Below are positions 36,745 to 44,402 of a stretch of 64,000 bases of DNA, in pieces. Source of the DNA: Sphingobacteriaceae bacterium (GTDB lineage: Bacteria > Bacillota > Sulfobacillia > Thermaerobacterales > RSA17); assembly GCA_035303785.1 (NCBI GenBank), contig DATGRI010000041.1, forward strand, positions 650 through 64,649, written 5' to 3'. The notes beneath the pieces are model-generated. The model searched no databases. It was not told the DNA's origin and was given only the letters and a program-made list of their open reading frames with translations. The position numbers and the translations under genes were made by a program. Numbering within the stretch: the first letter of the stretch is position 1; each line of letters begins with the position of its first letter.

Positions 36745-37442
36745 TTCTCCTCCGCCCTCCCTCGCCGGGCAGCCACCTGGCGGCCCGCTTCCCGGAGCCG
36801 TTCCACCAGGGGCCACAACTGCCTGGACGTGGTGGCCCGCAAGGCGGCGGCGTTGCCGATGAGGCGGGTGGTGATGGCCGCGATTTCTGCCACTTCCACC
36901 AGGCCGTGGCGCTTCAAAGTGCCGCCCGTTTCCACGATGTCCACCACCCCGTCGGCCAGGCCCAAGGCAGGGGCGATTTCCACCGAGCCCCGCAGGGGGA
37001 TGATGGTCACCGCCCGGCCCAGGCTTTGAAAGTAAGCCCGGGCAATGTTGGGCAGGCCGGTGGCGATGCGCAGGGGGCCCCGCCCCGGCGCCAGCAAGTC
37101 GGCGGCGTCCCCGGCGGGGGCGGCCAAGGAGATGCGGCATTGGCCGATGGACAGGTCGGCCAGTTCCTGCACATCGGGCCCGGGATCCCGCTCCATCAGC
37201 ACGTCCTTGCCCGTCAGGCCCAGCTGGGCCACCCCGGCGGCCACATAGGTCAGCACGTCGGCGCTGCGCACGATCAGCACCCGGGGCCCGCCCGGCTGCT
37301 GGGGCTCCACCAGGAGCAGGTCCTTAGGGGGGTCCCCTTCCACCAGCCCCGCTCCCCGCAGCACCTCCCAGGCCGGGGCCAGCATGCGGCCCTTGGCTAC
37401 GGCGATGGTCAGGGGCCGCTCGCCGTTCTTACTGGCCAGCAT
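36741..37442 (-). CDS. hisG: ATP phosphoribosyltransferase, short (HisZ-dependent) form
   Basis: Contains LTIAVAKGRM and the short-form length of 233 aa. The RBS is GGGGAGG. There is a 14-nt overlap with the hisZ 3' end. Confidence 0.9.
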   Translation of the reverse strand: MLASKNGERPLTIAVAKGRMLAPAWEVLRGAGLVEGDPPKDLLLVEPQQPGGPRVLIVRSADVLTYVAAGVAQLGLTGKDVLMERDPGPDVQELADLSIGQCRISLAAPAGDAADLLAPGRGPLRIATGLPNIARAYFQSLGRAVTIIPLRGSVEIAPALGLADGVVDIVETGGTLKRHGLVEVAEIAAITTRLIGNAAALRATTSRQLWPLVERLREAGRQVAARRGRAEEK

Positions 37443-38772
37443 CGGTCATGACCTCCCCAGCCTGGCCCCGGATCCGGCCGGCCGCCGGGGGCGGGGCCGG
37501 GTGGTCCATCAGACTGCGCAAGACCCGCCGGCCCAAGGGAGAGCCGGGCTCCACCTGATGCAGGCCTTTTTCGTCGGCAACAATTACTTTTATAGAAACC
37601 TCAGAGGCGCCTGCCGCCGTGCCGGGTGCGGCCTCCCCTTCCGGGGCCGCCTCTTCACCCAACTCGTCACCGGTCAAAGGCAGCAGCACTGCGCTTCGAC
37701 CCTTAGCCCGGAGGCGGGCCGCCTCCTCCCAGGCCCGGCGCAGCACCGGCCCTTCCCCTCGGGCCGCCACCACGTAGTCGGGTCCGCCCGGCAGCCGGTC
37801 GCCGGCGGCCTGGGTGAGAATGTCCAAATCCAAGGCGAAGCCGGCCGCCGCCACGGGAGTGTCGAAGGCCCTGAACAGGCTGTCGTAGCGGCCGCCGCCG
37901 GCTACCACCTCGTCACCCCCGGCCCCGGCAGCCACCACCTGAAACACGAAGCCGTCGTAGTAGCCCAGATCCCGCAGCAGGCCCAGGTCCACCAGGGGAG
38001 CCGGGCCGCCGGCCAAGGCGGTCACTTCCTCCAGGTGGGCCAGGATCGCCGTCACTTCATCTTTTTCCGGGCCGGCGGGGATGCGGGCCAGGCGCTCCCC
38101 CACTTCCGCCAGGGAGCCCCGGAAGGTGAGCCAGCCCCACACCTCTTCCGACAGGGGCGATTTCACGGTGGTGTTGAGGATCATCTCCAAGGTGACGAAG
38201 TCGCCCCGGGCCAAGGTCTGGACCAGGCGGTCGGCAAGGGCCTCGGCGCCGGCGTCGACATCGTCCGCATCGTCCACGCCGGCGGTCCGGGCAGCCAGGG
38301 CGGCGATGGCCCGGGCGATGCCCACATGGTTGATGATCACCGTGGCCTCCAGCCCCGGCACCGCCTGCAGGGACTCCCAGGCGGTGGCCAGCACTTCGGC
38401 GTCGCCCGCCGGGCCGGAGACGCCCAGGAGTTCCGCGCCCACCTGCCGCAGGCGCCGCCACGGCCCGCCCATGGACCGGTACACTTCGGTCTCGTAAGCA
38501 ACCCGCACGGGTTTGGAGCGGGGCCAGGTGCCCTCCAGCCACAAGGTCAACACGCCCAGGGTGGCGTCGGGCAGCAGCAGGCGTACATCCCCGTCGGGGC
38601 CGATGAACTTGCAGCCTTCCCCGGCGAACCGGTGCAGCGCCGGGCGCAGTTCCTCGTAATCCAGCCACGGGGGCAGGGCCTGCTCCTCGTAGCCCCAGCG
38701 CTGCAATACCTGCAGGACCGAGCGGGCCAATTCCCGCCGGGCCCGCGGCACAGATGTCGTAGGCGACCACAT
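37429..38772 (-). CDS. hisZ: ATP phosphoribosyltransferase regulatory subunit HisZ (HisRS paralog)
   Basis: It has a class-II aaRS-like core (LPDATLGV, YYDGFVF, GGGRYD) and sits first in the his operon. The RBS is GGAAGG. Confidence 0.85.
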   Translation of the reverse strand: MWSPTTSVPRARRELARSVLQVLQRWGYEEQALPPWLDYEELRPALHRFAGEGCKFIGPDGDVRLLLPDATLGVLTLWLEGTWPRSKPVRVAYETEVYRSMGGPWRRLRQVGAELLGVSGPAGDAEVLATAWESLQAVPGLEATVIINHVGIARAIAALAARTAGVDDADDVDAGAEALADRLVQTLARGDFVTLEMILNTTVKSPLSEEVWGWLTFRGSLAEVGERLARIPAGPEKDEVTAILAHLEEVTALAGGPAPLVDLGLLRDLGYYDGFVFQVVAAGAGGDEVVAGGGRYDSLFRAFDTPVAAAGFALDLDILTQAAGDRLPGGPDYVVAARGEGPVLRRAWEEAARLRAKGRSAVLLPLTGDELGEEAAPEGEAAPGTAAGASEVSIKVIVADEKGLHQVEPGSPLGRRVLRSLMDHPAPPPAAGRIRGQAGEVMTDAGQ

Positions 38773-38836
38773 GGCCTTCCTTGCCTCATCTCTTTAGTGT
38801 GATAAAGCAGTAAAGTATTAAAGCAAACTATATGGA

Positions 38837-38865
38837 AGTCTACAGCATGGCTTATGGGGCGTCAA
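38837..38865 (-). promoter_or_regulatory. sigma-A-type promoter candidate for the his operon (TTGACG-17 nt-TAGACT)
   Basis: Read directly. The -35 is at 38860-38865 and the -10 at 38837-38842, about 65 nt upstream of the hisZ ATG. Confidence 0.5.
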
Positions 38866-38947
38866 GGGCCACAGGTGAAAGGTAATAATTTGCGCCTGAT
38901 ACCGATGAGGAAGGTGATGGAAGGGCGCAGGCAAGATAGTCCTGCCG

Positions 38948-39328
38948 TCAGGAGGAATCGCCGGGGCTGCCGGCCCCATCCAAATCGCCGGAGGCATCGG
39001 AATCAGCAGGGTCGCCGGCCCCCTGGGCCTGCTTATCCCGCTCCGCCAGGCGCTCCAGGACCATGACGTAGCCGTCGGCGCCGTACTCCAGGAAGCGGCG
39101 GATCCGGCTGACGGTGGCGCTGCTCATCCCCGTGGCCCCTTGAATCTCCTCGTAGGTGGCGCCGGCCGCCAGCATTTCCGCCGCCCGCAGCCGGTGGGCC
39201 ATGGTGCGGATCTCGCCGATGGTGCACAGGTCATAAAAAAAACGGTAGCACTCCTCCCGGTCCCGCAGGCCCAGGATGGCGTCAAAAAGCCGGTCCACCG
39301 CCGGGCTTCTCAGCCGTTCATATGCCAT
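38948..39328 (-). CDS. yerC: TrpR-family YerC/YecD-like DNA-binding protein (candidate histidine-operon repressor HisR)
   Basis: The sequence LFDAILGLRDREECYRFFYDLCTIGEIRTMAHRLRAAEMLAAGATYEEIQGATGMSSATVSRIRRFLEYG is the YerC/YecD signature. The gene lies immediately upstream of hisZ. Confidence 0.8.
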   Translation of the reverse strand: MAYERLRSPAVDRLFDAILGLRDREECYRFFYDLCTIGEIRTMAHRLRAAEMLAAGATYEEIQGATGMSSATVSRIRRFLEYGADGYVMVLERLAERDKQAQGAGDPADSDASGDLDGAGSPGDSS

Positions 39329-39331
39329 ATC

Positions 39332-39949
39332 TCATCCCCCCGGTGTCCCGGCATCTTCTCCCCGAACCGCCGTCTCATCCTCCAGGCGGGAACCCGTCAC
39401 GGCCTTAGCCACCCAATTGGGCCGGGAAGGCTCCTCAGCCTTGGCGGACTCGTCCACCCGGGCCACCCGCAGGGCGCCCATGCGCTCCAGCACCGACAGG
39501 GCCGACCCCGCCGCCCCCGGCTGGTCAAAGGTGAAAATAGCCAGCAGGTGACCGCCCAGAACATGCTTCATGAAGCCGTCTACTTGATGGCCCGCCAGGC
39601 CCCGTTCCGACAGCAACCGGCGGAAGTCGCCCTGGGAGGCGATACTCCCCTCAGAGTTGTCGGCGGCGGCGTTGGCGCCGGCAGCGCTCCCGGCGGCATT
39701 GGCGCCCGAGGCTTTGGCCCCTACGGCGTTGGCACCGGCGGCATCCCCGTGCATCTTAACCTCATTCTCCACCCGCCGGGCGGCGGTCAGCACCGCCCGC
39801 GCCAGGGGCACATCGGGGCTCAGTTCATCCTCGCGGCCCATCTGGGCGCTGATAATGATGCGCTGGAAGGAATGACCCGCCCGCTTCAGCACCGCCGTCG
39901 CCCTGTCGATCAGCTTGCGGTCGTGGAACAGACCCATGGCGATGGACAT
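39332..39949 (-). CDS. YflT / general stress protein 17M-like domain protein
   Basis: The N-terminus (GLFHDRKLIDRATAVLKRAGHSFQRIIIS) and C-terminal module (GHLLAIFTFDQPGAAGSALSVLERMGA) resemble YflT-type domains. An Ala/Asn/Gly-rich linker joins them. This is a moderate-confidence family call made from memory. Confidence 0.5.
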   Translation of the reverse strand: MSIAMGLFHDRKLIDRATAVLKRAGHSFQRIIISAQMGREDELSPDVPLARAVLTAARRVENEVKMHGDAAGANAVGAKASGANAAGSAAGANAAADNSEGSIASQGDFRRLLSERGLAGHQVDGFMKHVLGGHLLAIFTFDQPGAAGSALSVLERMGALRVARVDESAKAEEPSRPNWVAKAVTGSRLEDETAVRGEDAGTPGG

Positions 39950-39952
39950 GCT

Positions 39953-40408
39953 TCAACCCCCATTGCCGTCGTCTGCCAGTGCCATCCGGATGACTTCCCC
40001 GGCCGGCGGCAGCAGCCGGTACTGGTGGAGTTGGTCTACCGGCACCCAGGCTGCGCCGGCGGCATCGCTGCCCGGTCGCAAGCGTCCTCCCCGATAAGAG
40101 GCCTCATAGTACAAAATCAAATAATGGAAAAGAACGTCGCCGTCAACATTTTTTTCAATGGCGTCAAATACATGCAACAAGCGGCCGGGGGTCACAGAGA
40201 GGCCCGTTTCCTCCATAACCTCCCGTGCCAAGGCGGCGGCCACCTCCTCGCCCCAGCGGATGCTGCCGCCCGGCAGGGACCACCAGCCGGCGAAGGGCTC
40301 CGAGCCCCGCTGCACCAGGAGCACCTTCCCATTTTCGTTGAAAACCACGGCGTGGCAAGAAGGACGGGGAACATTAGGCTGGGAAGACGGTACCGACGGT
40401 CGGGCCAT
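39953..40408 (-). CDS. NUDIX hydrolase
   Basis: The Nudix box is GGSIRWGEEVAAALAREVMEETGL. The RBS is AGAGGGG. Confidence 0.85.
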   Translation of the reverse strand: MARPSVPSSQPNVPRPSCHAVVFNENGKVLLVQRGSEPFAGWWSLPGGSIRWGEEVAAALAREVMEETGLSVTPGRLLHVFDAIEKNVDGDVLFHYLILYYEASYRGGRLRPGSDAAGAAWVPVDQLHQYRLLPPAGEVIRMALADDGNGG

Positions 40409-40431
40409 AGGCTACCCCTCTATCCGGGCCT

Positions 40432-41052
40432 TCACTGGTCCAGCAAATCGCCGCCGCAATGGGGGCAGGCATAGACGAAATGGGACTTGAGGCGCACGTT
40501 GGGGGGCAGGCTCTCCGCCTCTTCCCGGCTGAGAAAGCGCTTGAAGGCCAAGTCCTTGACGGCGTAGTCCCCGCCGCAGCGGGGGCAGATCTTGCGGCCG
40601 CGGAACCGGGCCCGGAAGGGAGCCAGCAGCCGCACCCACCAACCGGGTCCCTGGGCCGGGGCCGCCTTGGCCGCCCGGCCTGCCCGGCGACGCTCCAAGG
40701 GGATGGGAGACCCGGCCGGCTTGACCGGCGCCGCACCGACGTTCATCCCGGGGCCGGCGGCCGCCCCCGCCGCCGCCGACGACCCGGCGGCCACGCTGAA
40801 GGCCATGCTCTTGGCGTCGGGGAGGCCCAGCAGCTTGGACGCCTCGAACAAATCGATGCCCACCAAATTTCCCTGGGAGTCGAATTTGGCCACCATGCCG
40901 GGGGCCAACTGCTCCATGCGCACCGCCCGCAAGGGCAATCCCGGCCCGCCGTCCGGCTTCTCCCCGTCGCCCTGGGCGACCTGGGTGAAGCCGATGGCCA
41001 AGACATCCCGTTCCGGATCCAAGTACAAGCTGATGTGGAGCCGCCCGGCCAC
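40432..41052 (-). CDS. hypothetical protein: DUF2283-like N-terminal domain fused to a C-terminal CPxCGG...CPxCGG zinc ribbon
   Basis: The N-terminus reads LHISLYLDPERDVLAIGF...QGNLVGIDLFEAS. An Ala/Gly-rich linker follows. The C-terminus reads CPRCGGDYAV...YACPHCGGDL. The GTG at 41052 lies 6 nt after GAGGGAGG. Confidence 0.55.
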   Translation of the reverse strand: MAGRLHISLYLDPERDVLAIGFTQVAQGDGEKPDGGPGLPLRAVRMEQLAPGMVAKFDSQGNLVGIDLFEASKLLGLPDAKSMAFSVAAGSSAAAGAAAGPGMNVGAAPVKPAGSPIPLERRRAGRAAKAAPAQGPGWWVRLLAPFRARFRGRKICPRCGGDYAVKDLAFKRFLSREEAESLPPNVRLKSHFVYACPHCGGDLLDQ

Positions 41053-41102
41053 AACCAACCTCCCTCAGGGGAGCCCACGGCTCCCCGTCAGGCAACATGT
41101 TA

Positions 41103-41918
41103 CTACGAGTGGAGGAGATCAGGAACGGTGACGAAGCGGTAGCCCTGGTCCCGCAGGGCTCGGATGATCCGGGGCAGGGCCTCCACGGTGCCCTCCAGGC
41201 TTTGCCCCGGCCCCCCGGCGCTGTGGAGCAGGATGATGGCGCCGGGCCTGATGTTTGCCAGGACGGTGTCCACGATCTGGTCGGCGGGCGGGCTCAGCCA
41301 GTCCCGGGGATCGATGGTCCACAATACGATGGTGTATTTCTGGGCGATGACCGTCTCAGCCCCCTGCACGCCCAAAGCCCCGTAGGGCGGCCGGAACAGG
41401 CGGTTGTCGCTCACCCCGTGCTGGCGCAGCAGCCTTACGTTCTCCTGGAGGTCGGCCTCAATTTGGGCGGGCGTCAGACCGGCGTAGCGGGCGTGGAGAT
41501 AGCCGTGGTTCCCCACGGCATGCCCATCCCGGATGATGCGGCGCAGCACCTGGGGATTTTCCTGGGCCCGCACGCCGGTGACGAAGAAGGTGGCCGGCAC
41601 CCGCTCCCGCCGCAGCACATCCAGGATTTGCGGCGTGTACCGGTCGTCGGGGCCGTCATCGAAGGTGAGGGCCACCAGGCGCTGATCACCGGGACCTGCC
41701 CTCACCACGTGGGCGGGGAACAAGGCCACCAAGTCGGCTTCCTCCAACTCCCGGTACCTGGCCTCCGGGCCGTCGCCGGGGTTGTCCGGGTCGGCGGGCG
41801 GCAGGCCCGGCGGCGGGCTGCCCAGAGGGCCCGGACCGCCCTCCAGCAACCAAATACCCATGCCCACTATTACTACCATGGCCGCTACGGCTATGACCGC
41901 CACGTGCACGATGCGCAC
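41103..41918 (-). CDS. polysaccharide deacetylase (NodB homology domain), membrane-anchored
   Basis: Contains VALTFDDGPDDRYT, ATFFVTG, GHAVGNHGYLH and LLHS. The GTG at 41918 follows GGGGAGGGAGGG. The track start at 42014 lacks an RBS. Confidence 0.85.
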   Translation of the reverse strand: MRIVHVAVIAVAAMVVIVGMGIWLLEGGPGPLGSPPPGLPPADPDNPGDGPEARYRELEEADLVALFPAHVVRAGPGDQRLVALTFDDGPDDRYTPQILDVLRRERVPATFFVTGVRAQENPQVLRRIIRDGHAVGNHGYLHARYAGLTPAQIEADLQENVRLLRQHGVSDNRLFRPPYGALGVQGAETVIAQKYTIVLWTIDPRDWLSPPADQIVDTVLANIRPGAIILLHSAGGPGQSLEGTVEALPRIIRALRDQGYRFVTVPDLLHS

Positions 41919-42050
41919 CGGGCGCCCTCCCTCCCCGGGGAAAGCCCTTATCCATGGGCCGAGACTGCCCGGCCATAGTGTGACCCGGGCGGCGGGGCCC
42001 AATCCCGGCGGCACCGGTAGTCGGCGCCGGTCAAGCAGGAAGCGGCCGAT

Positions 42051-42332
42051 TCAACGGGTGAGCTCTTCGATGCGGCGGGCCAGGTCCACATCCCGCCGGG
42101 TCAGGCCGCCGGCGTCGTGGGTGGTCAAGGCCAGATGAACCCGGCGATAGCGGATGTCGATGTCGGGATGGTGGTTGGCCGCTTCAGCCAACCCGGCTAC
42201 GGTGTTGACGAAAAAGACGGCTTCTTTGAACGAAGGCAGGGTAAAGGTCTTGGCGAGGGCGTCGCCCGCCCGCTCCCAGCCGGGCAGGTCCGCCAGGGCG
42301 GCCCTGATCTCTTCTTCCCGCAGCAAATCCAT
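42051..42332 (-). CDS. pterin-4-alpha-carbinolamine dehydratase
   Basis: Contains LPGWE...FKEAVFFVNTVAGLAEAANHHPDIDIRYRRVHLALTTHDAGGLT. The ATG at 42332 follows GGGAGGAGG. Confidence 0.9.
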   Translation of the reverse strand: MDLLREEEIRAALADLPGWERAGDALAKTFTLPSFKEAVFFVNTVAGLAEAANHHPDIDIRYRRVHLALTTHDAGGLTRRDVDLARRIEELTR

Positions 42333-42398
42333 AGGAGCACCTCCTCCCACCGCAAAGTTACGCAGGAAACAACCCCCGGGGCAATAACTACCCTAATT

Positions 42399-42845
42399 AT
42401 GAACGTCCAGGACCTGCCCGAGGCGCTGCTGGTTTACATCGACATGTTCAACAACGGCCGGTTCTTTGAAAGCCATGAAGTGCTGGAAGGAGCCTGGCTG
42501 GAGAACAGCAGCGATTTTTACCAAGGCCTGATCATCTACGCCGCCGCCTACGTGAAGCGGGATTGGGGCAACCCCCGGGGCGTCGTCCGCAACTTCAATA
42601 AAGCCCTCAACTATCTGCGGAAGTACCGGCCCGCCTACCTGGGCCTGGACGTGGCCTTCCTGGTCGACCATGCGGAAAAATGCCTGGCAGCCCTGGCCCA
42701 TGCCCAACCCGCCGCCGGCGATGCCGCAGGAGGTGCTGCAGGAGATGGGGCCGGCGACCCCGCCGCCACCCTGCAGCGCCTGGTGCCTTCCGTCCGGTTG
42801 GAGCCTGCCGCCCACCTCATTCAAGGCAACGAGCCGGAGCTTTGA
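42399..42845 (+). CDS. DUF309 domain protein
   Basis: FNNGRFFESHEVLEGAWL...YQGLIIYAAAYVKRDWGN is the DUF309 pattern. The ATG is at 42399. The upstream part of the track ORF is antisense to the PCD gene. Confidence 0.7.
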   Translation: MNVQDLPEALLVYIDMFNNGRFFESHEVLEGAWLENSSDFYQGLIIYAAAYVKRDWGNPRGVVRNFNKALNYLRKYRPAYLGLDVAFLVDHAEKCLAALAHAQPAAGDAAGGAAGDGAGDPAATLQRLVPSVRLEPAAHLIQGNEPEL

Positions 42846-44335
42846 CCGGGCCTGGGAGGCAGGGCCTCCTCCCCCATCCCCAGCTGATCCTGGAGCCGCA
42901 GGCATTCCCTTAGTTCGGCGGCCCGCTCCGGCGCCAGGGCGGCCCGCAGCCCCCGTTGATCGTATTGGCCCGGGCCGATGACGTGGCCCCCCAGGGTCAG
43001 GATGACGGGCCCAGGGGTCAGGTCCCAGCCCCCGGCCTTCACCCGCCGCCCTTCCAGCAGGTCCACCAGGGCGGCCACCGTCAAGTCCACCCGGTTGCGA
43101 CGGGCCAGGGAGCCGTAATGGACCATGGCCGGGGCCAGGGGCTTGAAACCGCCGCTGCCCGGTGTCGCCCACGCCAGGCCGATGCCGGCGACTTTCTCAT
43201 AGGGCGGAACCTCTGATACCGTGGAAAGCCACAGGTCCCGGCCCACCCGGTACACCCCAAGACCGGCGAAGACGTCCTGGGGCAGGTCGAAGCGATCCTG
43301 CAGGTAGGTGGCGGCCGCCTCCCCGTCGGCACCGGGATCCAAATGGGCGGCTTCAAGGCCGGCGTCGTCGACGGCGCCCGGATCCCCTGCCCTAACCAGC
43401 CGGGCCACGTACATCCCCCCCGAATCCAAGTGGTGGGGGTACAGGCGGGTGGTAAGGGCCAGGTCGGGATGGAAGGTCTGGTCCTCCCAGGCAGTCAGGC
43501 CGGGGGCGGAGGCGGGCACCGGCACAGCCAAGGGCTCAATTCGGAAGGGGTCCTGCCCCCGGCCTGGGACCGCCTCCCCGGACTCGGCCGGCGGCAGGGA
43601 ATCGGCCCGCGACCGCAGCAGCCCGTCCACCACCGCCTCGTTTTCCTCGGGGGCGAAAGTGCAGGTGGAGTAGACCAATACGCCGCCGGGGGCCACCAGG
43701 TCGGCGGCCCGGGCCAGGAGTTCCCCCTGGAGCCGGGCCAGGCGCCGGGCCTGCCGGGGCGTAGTCCCGCCCCGCACCCGGGGCGAGCGCCGGGCGTTGC
43801 CCTCGGCGGAGCAGGGCACGTCGGCCAGCACCCGGTGGAACCGCCGGTGGCCGGGAAAATCCCGGCCGTCGTAGCGGGTGACCACCACGTTGAACACGCC
43901 CAGCCGGGCCAGGTTGGACAGCAGGGCCCGCACCCGGGAACCGTCGGGCTCGTTGGCCACCACCACCCCCTGGGGGCCGACCTGGGCCGCCAGAAGAGTG
44001 GTCTTGCCCCCGGGGGCGGCGCAAAGATCCAAAATCCGCTCCCCCGGCCGGGCGCCCACGGCCAGGGCCGGCACCGCGGCCGCCGCCTCCTGGATGTAAA
44101 ACAGGCCCAGCCAGTGAGCCACCGTCTTGGCCACGGGGAAGGGGCCTGACTCCACCTGGAAGAAGCCCGGCGCCCATGCCAAGGGCCGGAGGCGGAAGCC
44201 GAGACCCGCCAAGTGGGCGGCCAGGGCCGCAGGCTCGATGCGCAACGGGTTCGCCCGGAGCACCACCGGCTGGGGCCGGTCCAGAGCCTCGCTGAAGGCT
44301 TCCCAGTCAGGAATTATCCATCGATACCGCTCCAC
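42821..44335 (-). CDS. RsmB/RsmF-type (NOL1/NOP2/Sun) rRNA cytosine-C5 methyltransferase
   Basis: The SAM motif is ILDLCAAPGGKT. The catalytic motifs are DVPCSAEG and LVYSTCTFAPEENE. An RsmF-like C-terminal domain is present. The GTG start follows GAGGGGAA. Confidence 0.85.
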   Translation of the reverse strand: MERYRWIIPDWEAFSEALDRPQPVVLRANPLRIEPAALAAHLAGLGFRLRPLAWAPGFFQVESGPFPVAKTVAHWLGLFYIQEAAAAVPALAVGARPGERILDLCAAPGGKTTLLAAQVGPQGVVVANEPDGSRVRALLSNLARLGVFNVVVTRYDGRDFPGHRRFHRVLADVPCSAEGNARRSPRVRGGTTPRQARRLARLQGELLARAADLVAPGGVLVYSTCTFAPEENEAVVDGLLRSRADSLPPAESGEAVPGRGQDPFRIEPLAVPVPASAPGLTAWEDQTFHPDLALTTRLYPHHLDSGGMYVARLVRAGDPGAVDDAGLEAAHLDPGADGEAAATYLQDRFDLPQDVFAGLGVYRVGRDLWLSTVSEVPPYEKVAGIGLAWATPGSGGFKPLAPAMVHYGSLARRNRVDLTVAALVDLLEGRRVKAGGWDLTPGPVILTLGGHVIGPGQYDQRGLRAALAPERAAELRECLRLQDQLGMGEEALPPRPGQSSGSLP

Positions 44336-44402
44336 GCCGGTTCCCCTCGCCTTTTCAGTCCAACCCCCGTGGGATAGGATAGTGGCCGGGAGGCAGAGGC
44401 CA

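Noticed and set aside
34269-37140. N-terminal extensions in the ORF track. Affected starts are hisB to 34407, hisD to 37140, rny to 17736, pepA to 13631, spoVS to 15167, M20 to 56185, patatin to 59902 and cinA to 22773.
   Set aside because: The extensions overlap upstream genes, lack homology and lack an RBS. Internal starts with good Shine-Dalgarno spacing, often ATGA or GTGA-coupled to the preceding stop, give proteins of canonical length.
38773-38947. T-box or other riboswitch leader upstream of hisZ.
   Set aside because: The predicted 5' UTR is only about 65 nt. I see no specifier-loop or T-box consensus (AGGGUGGNACCGCG-like) and no terminator/antiterminator pair.
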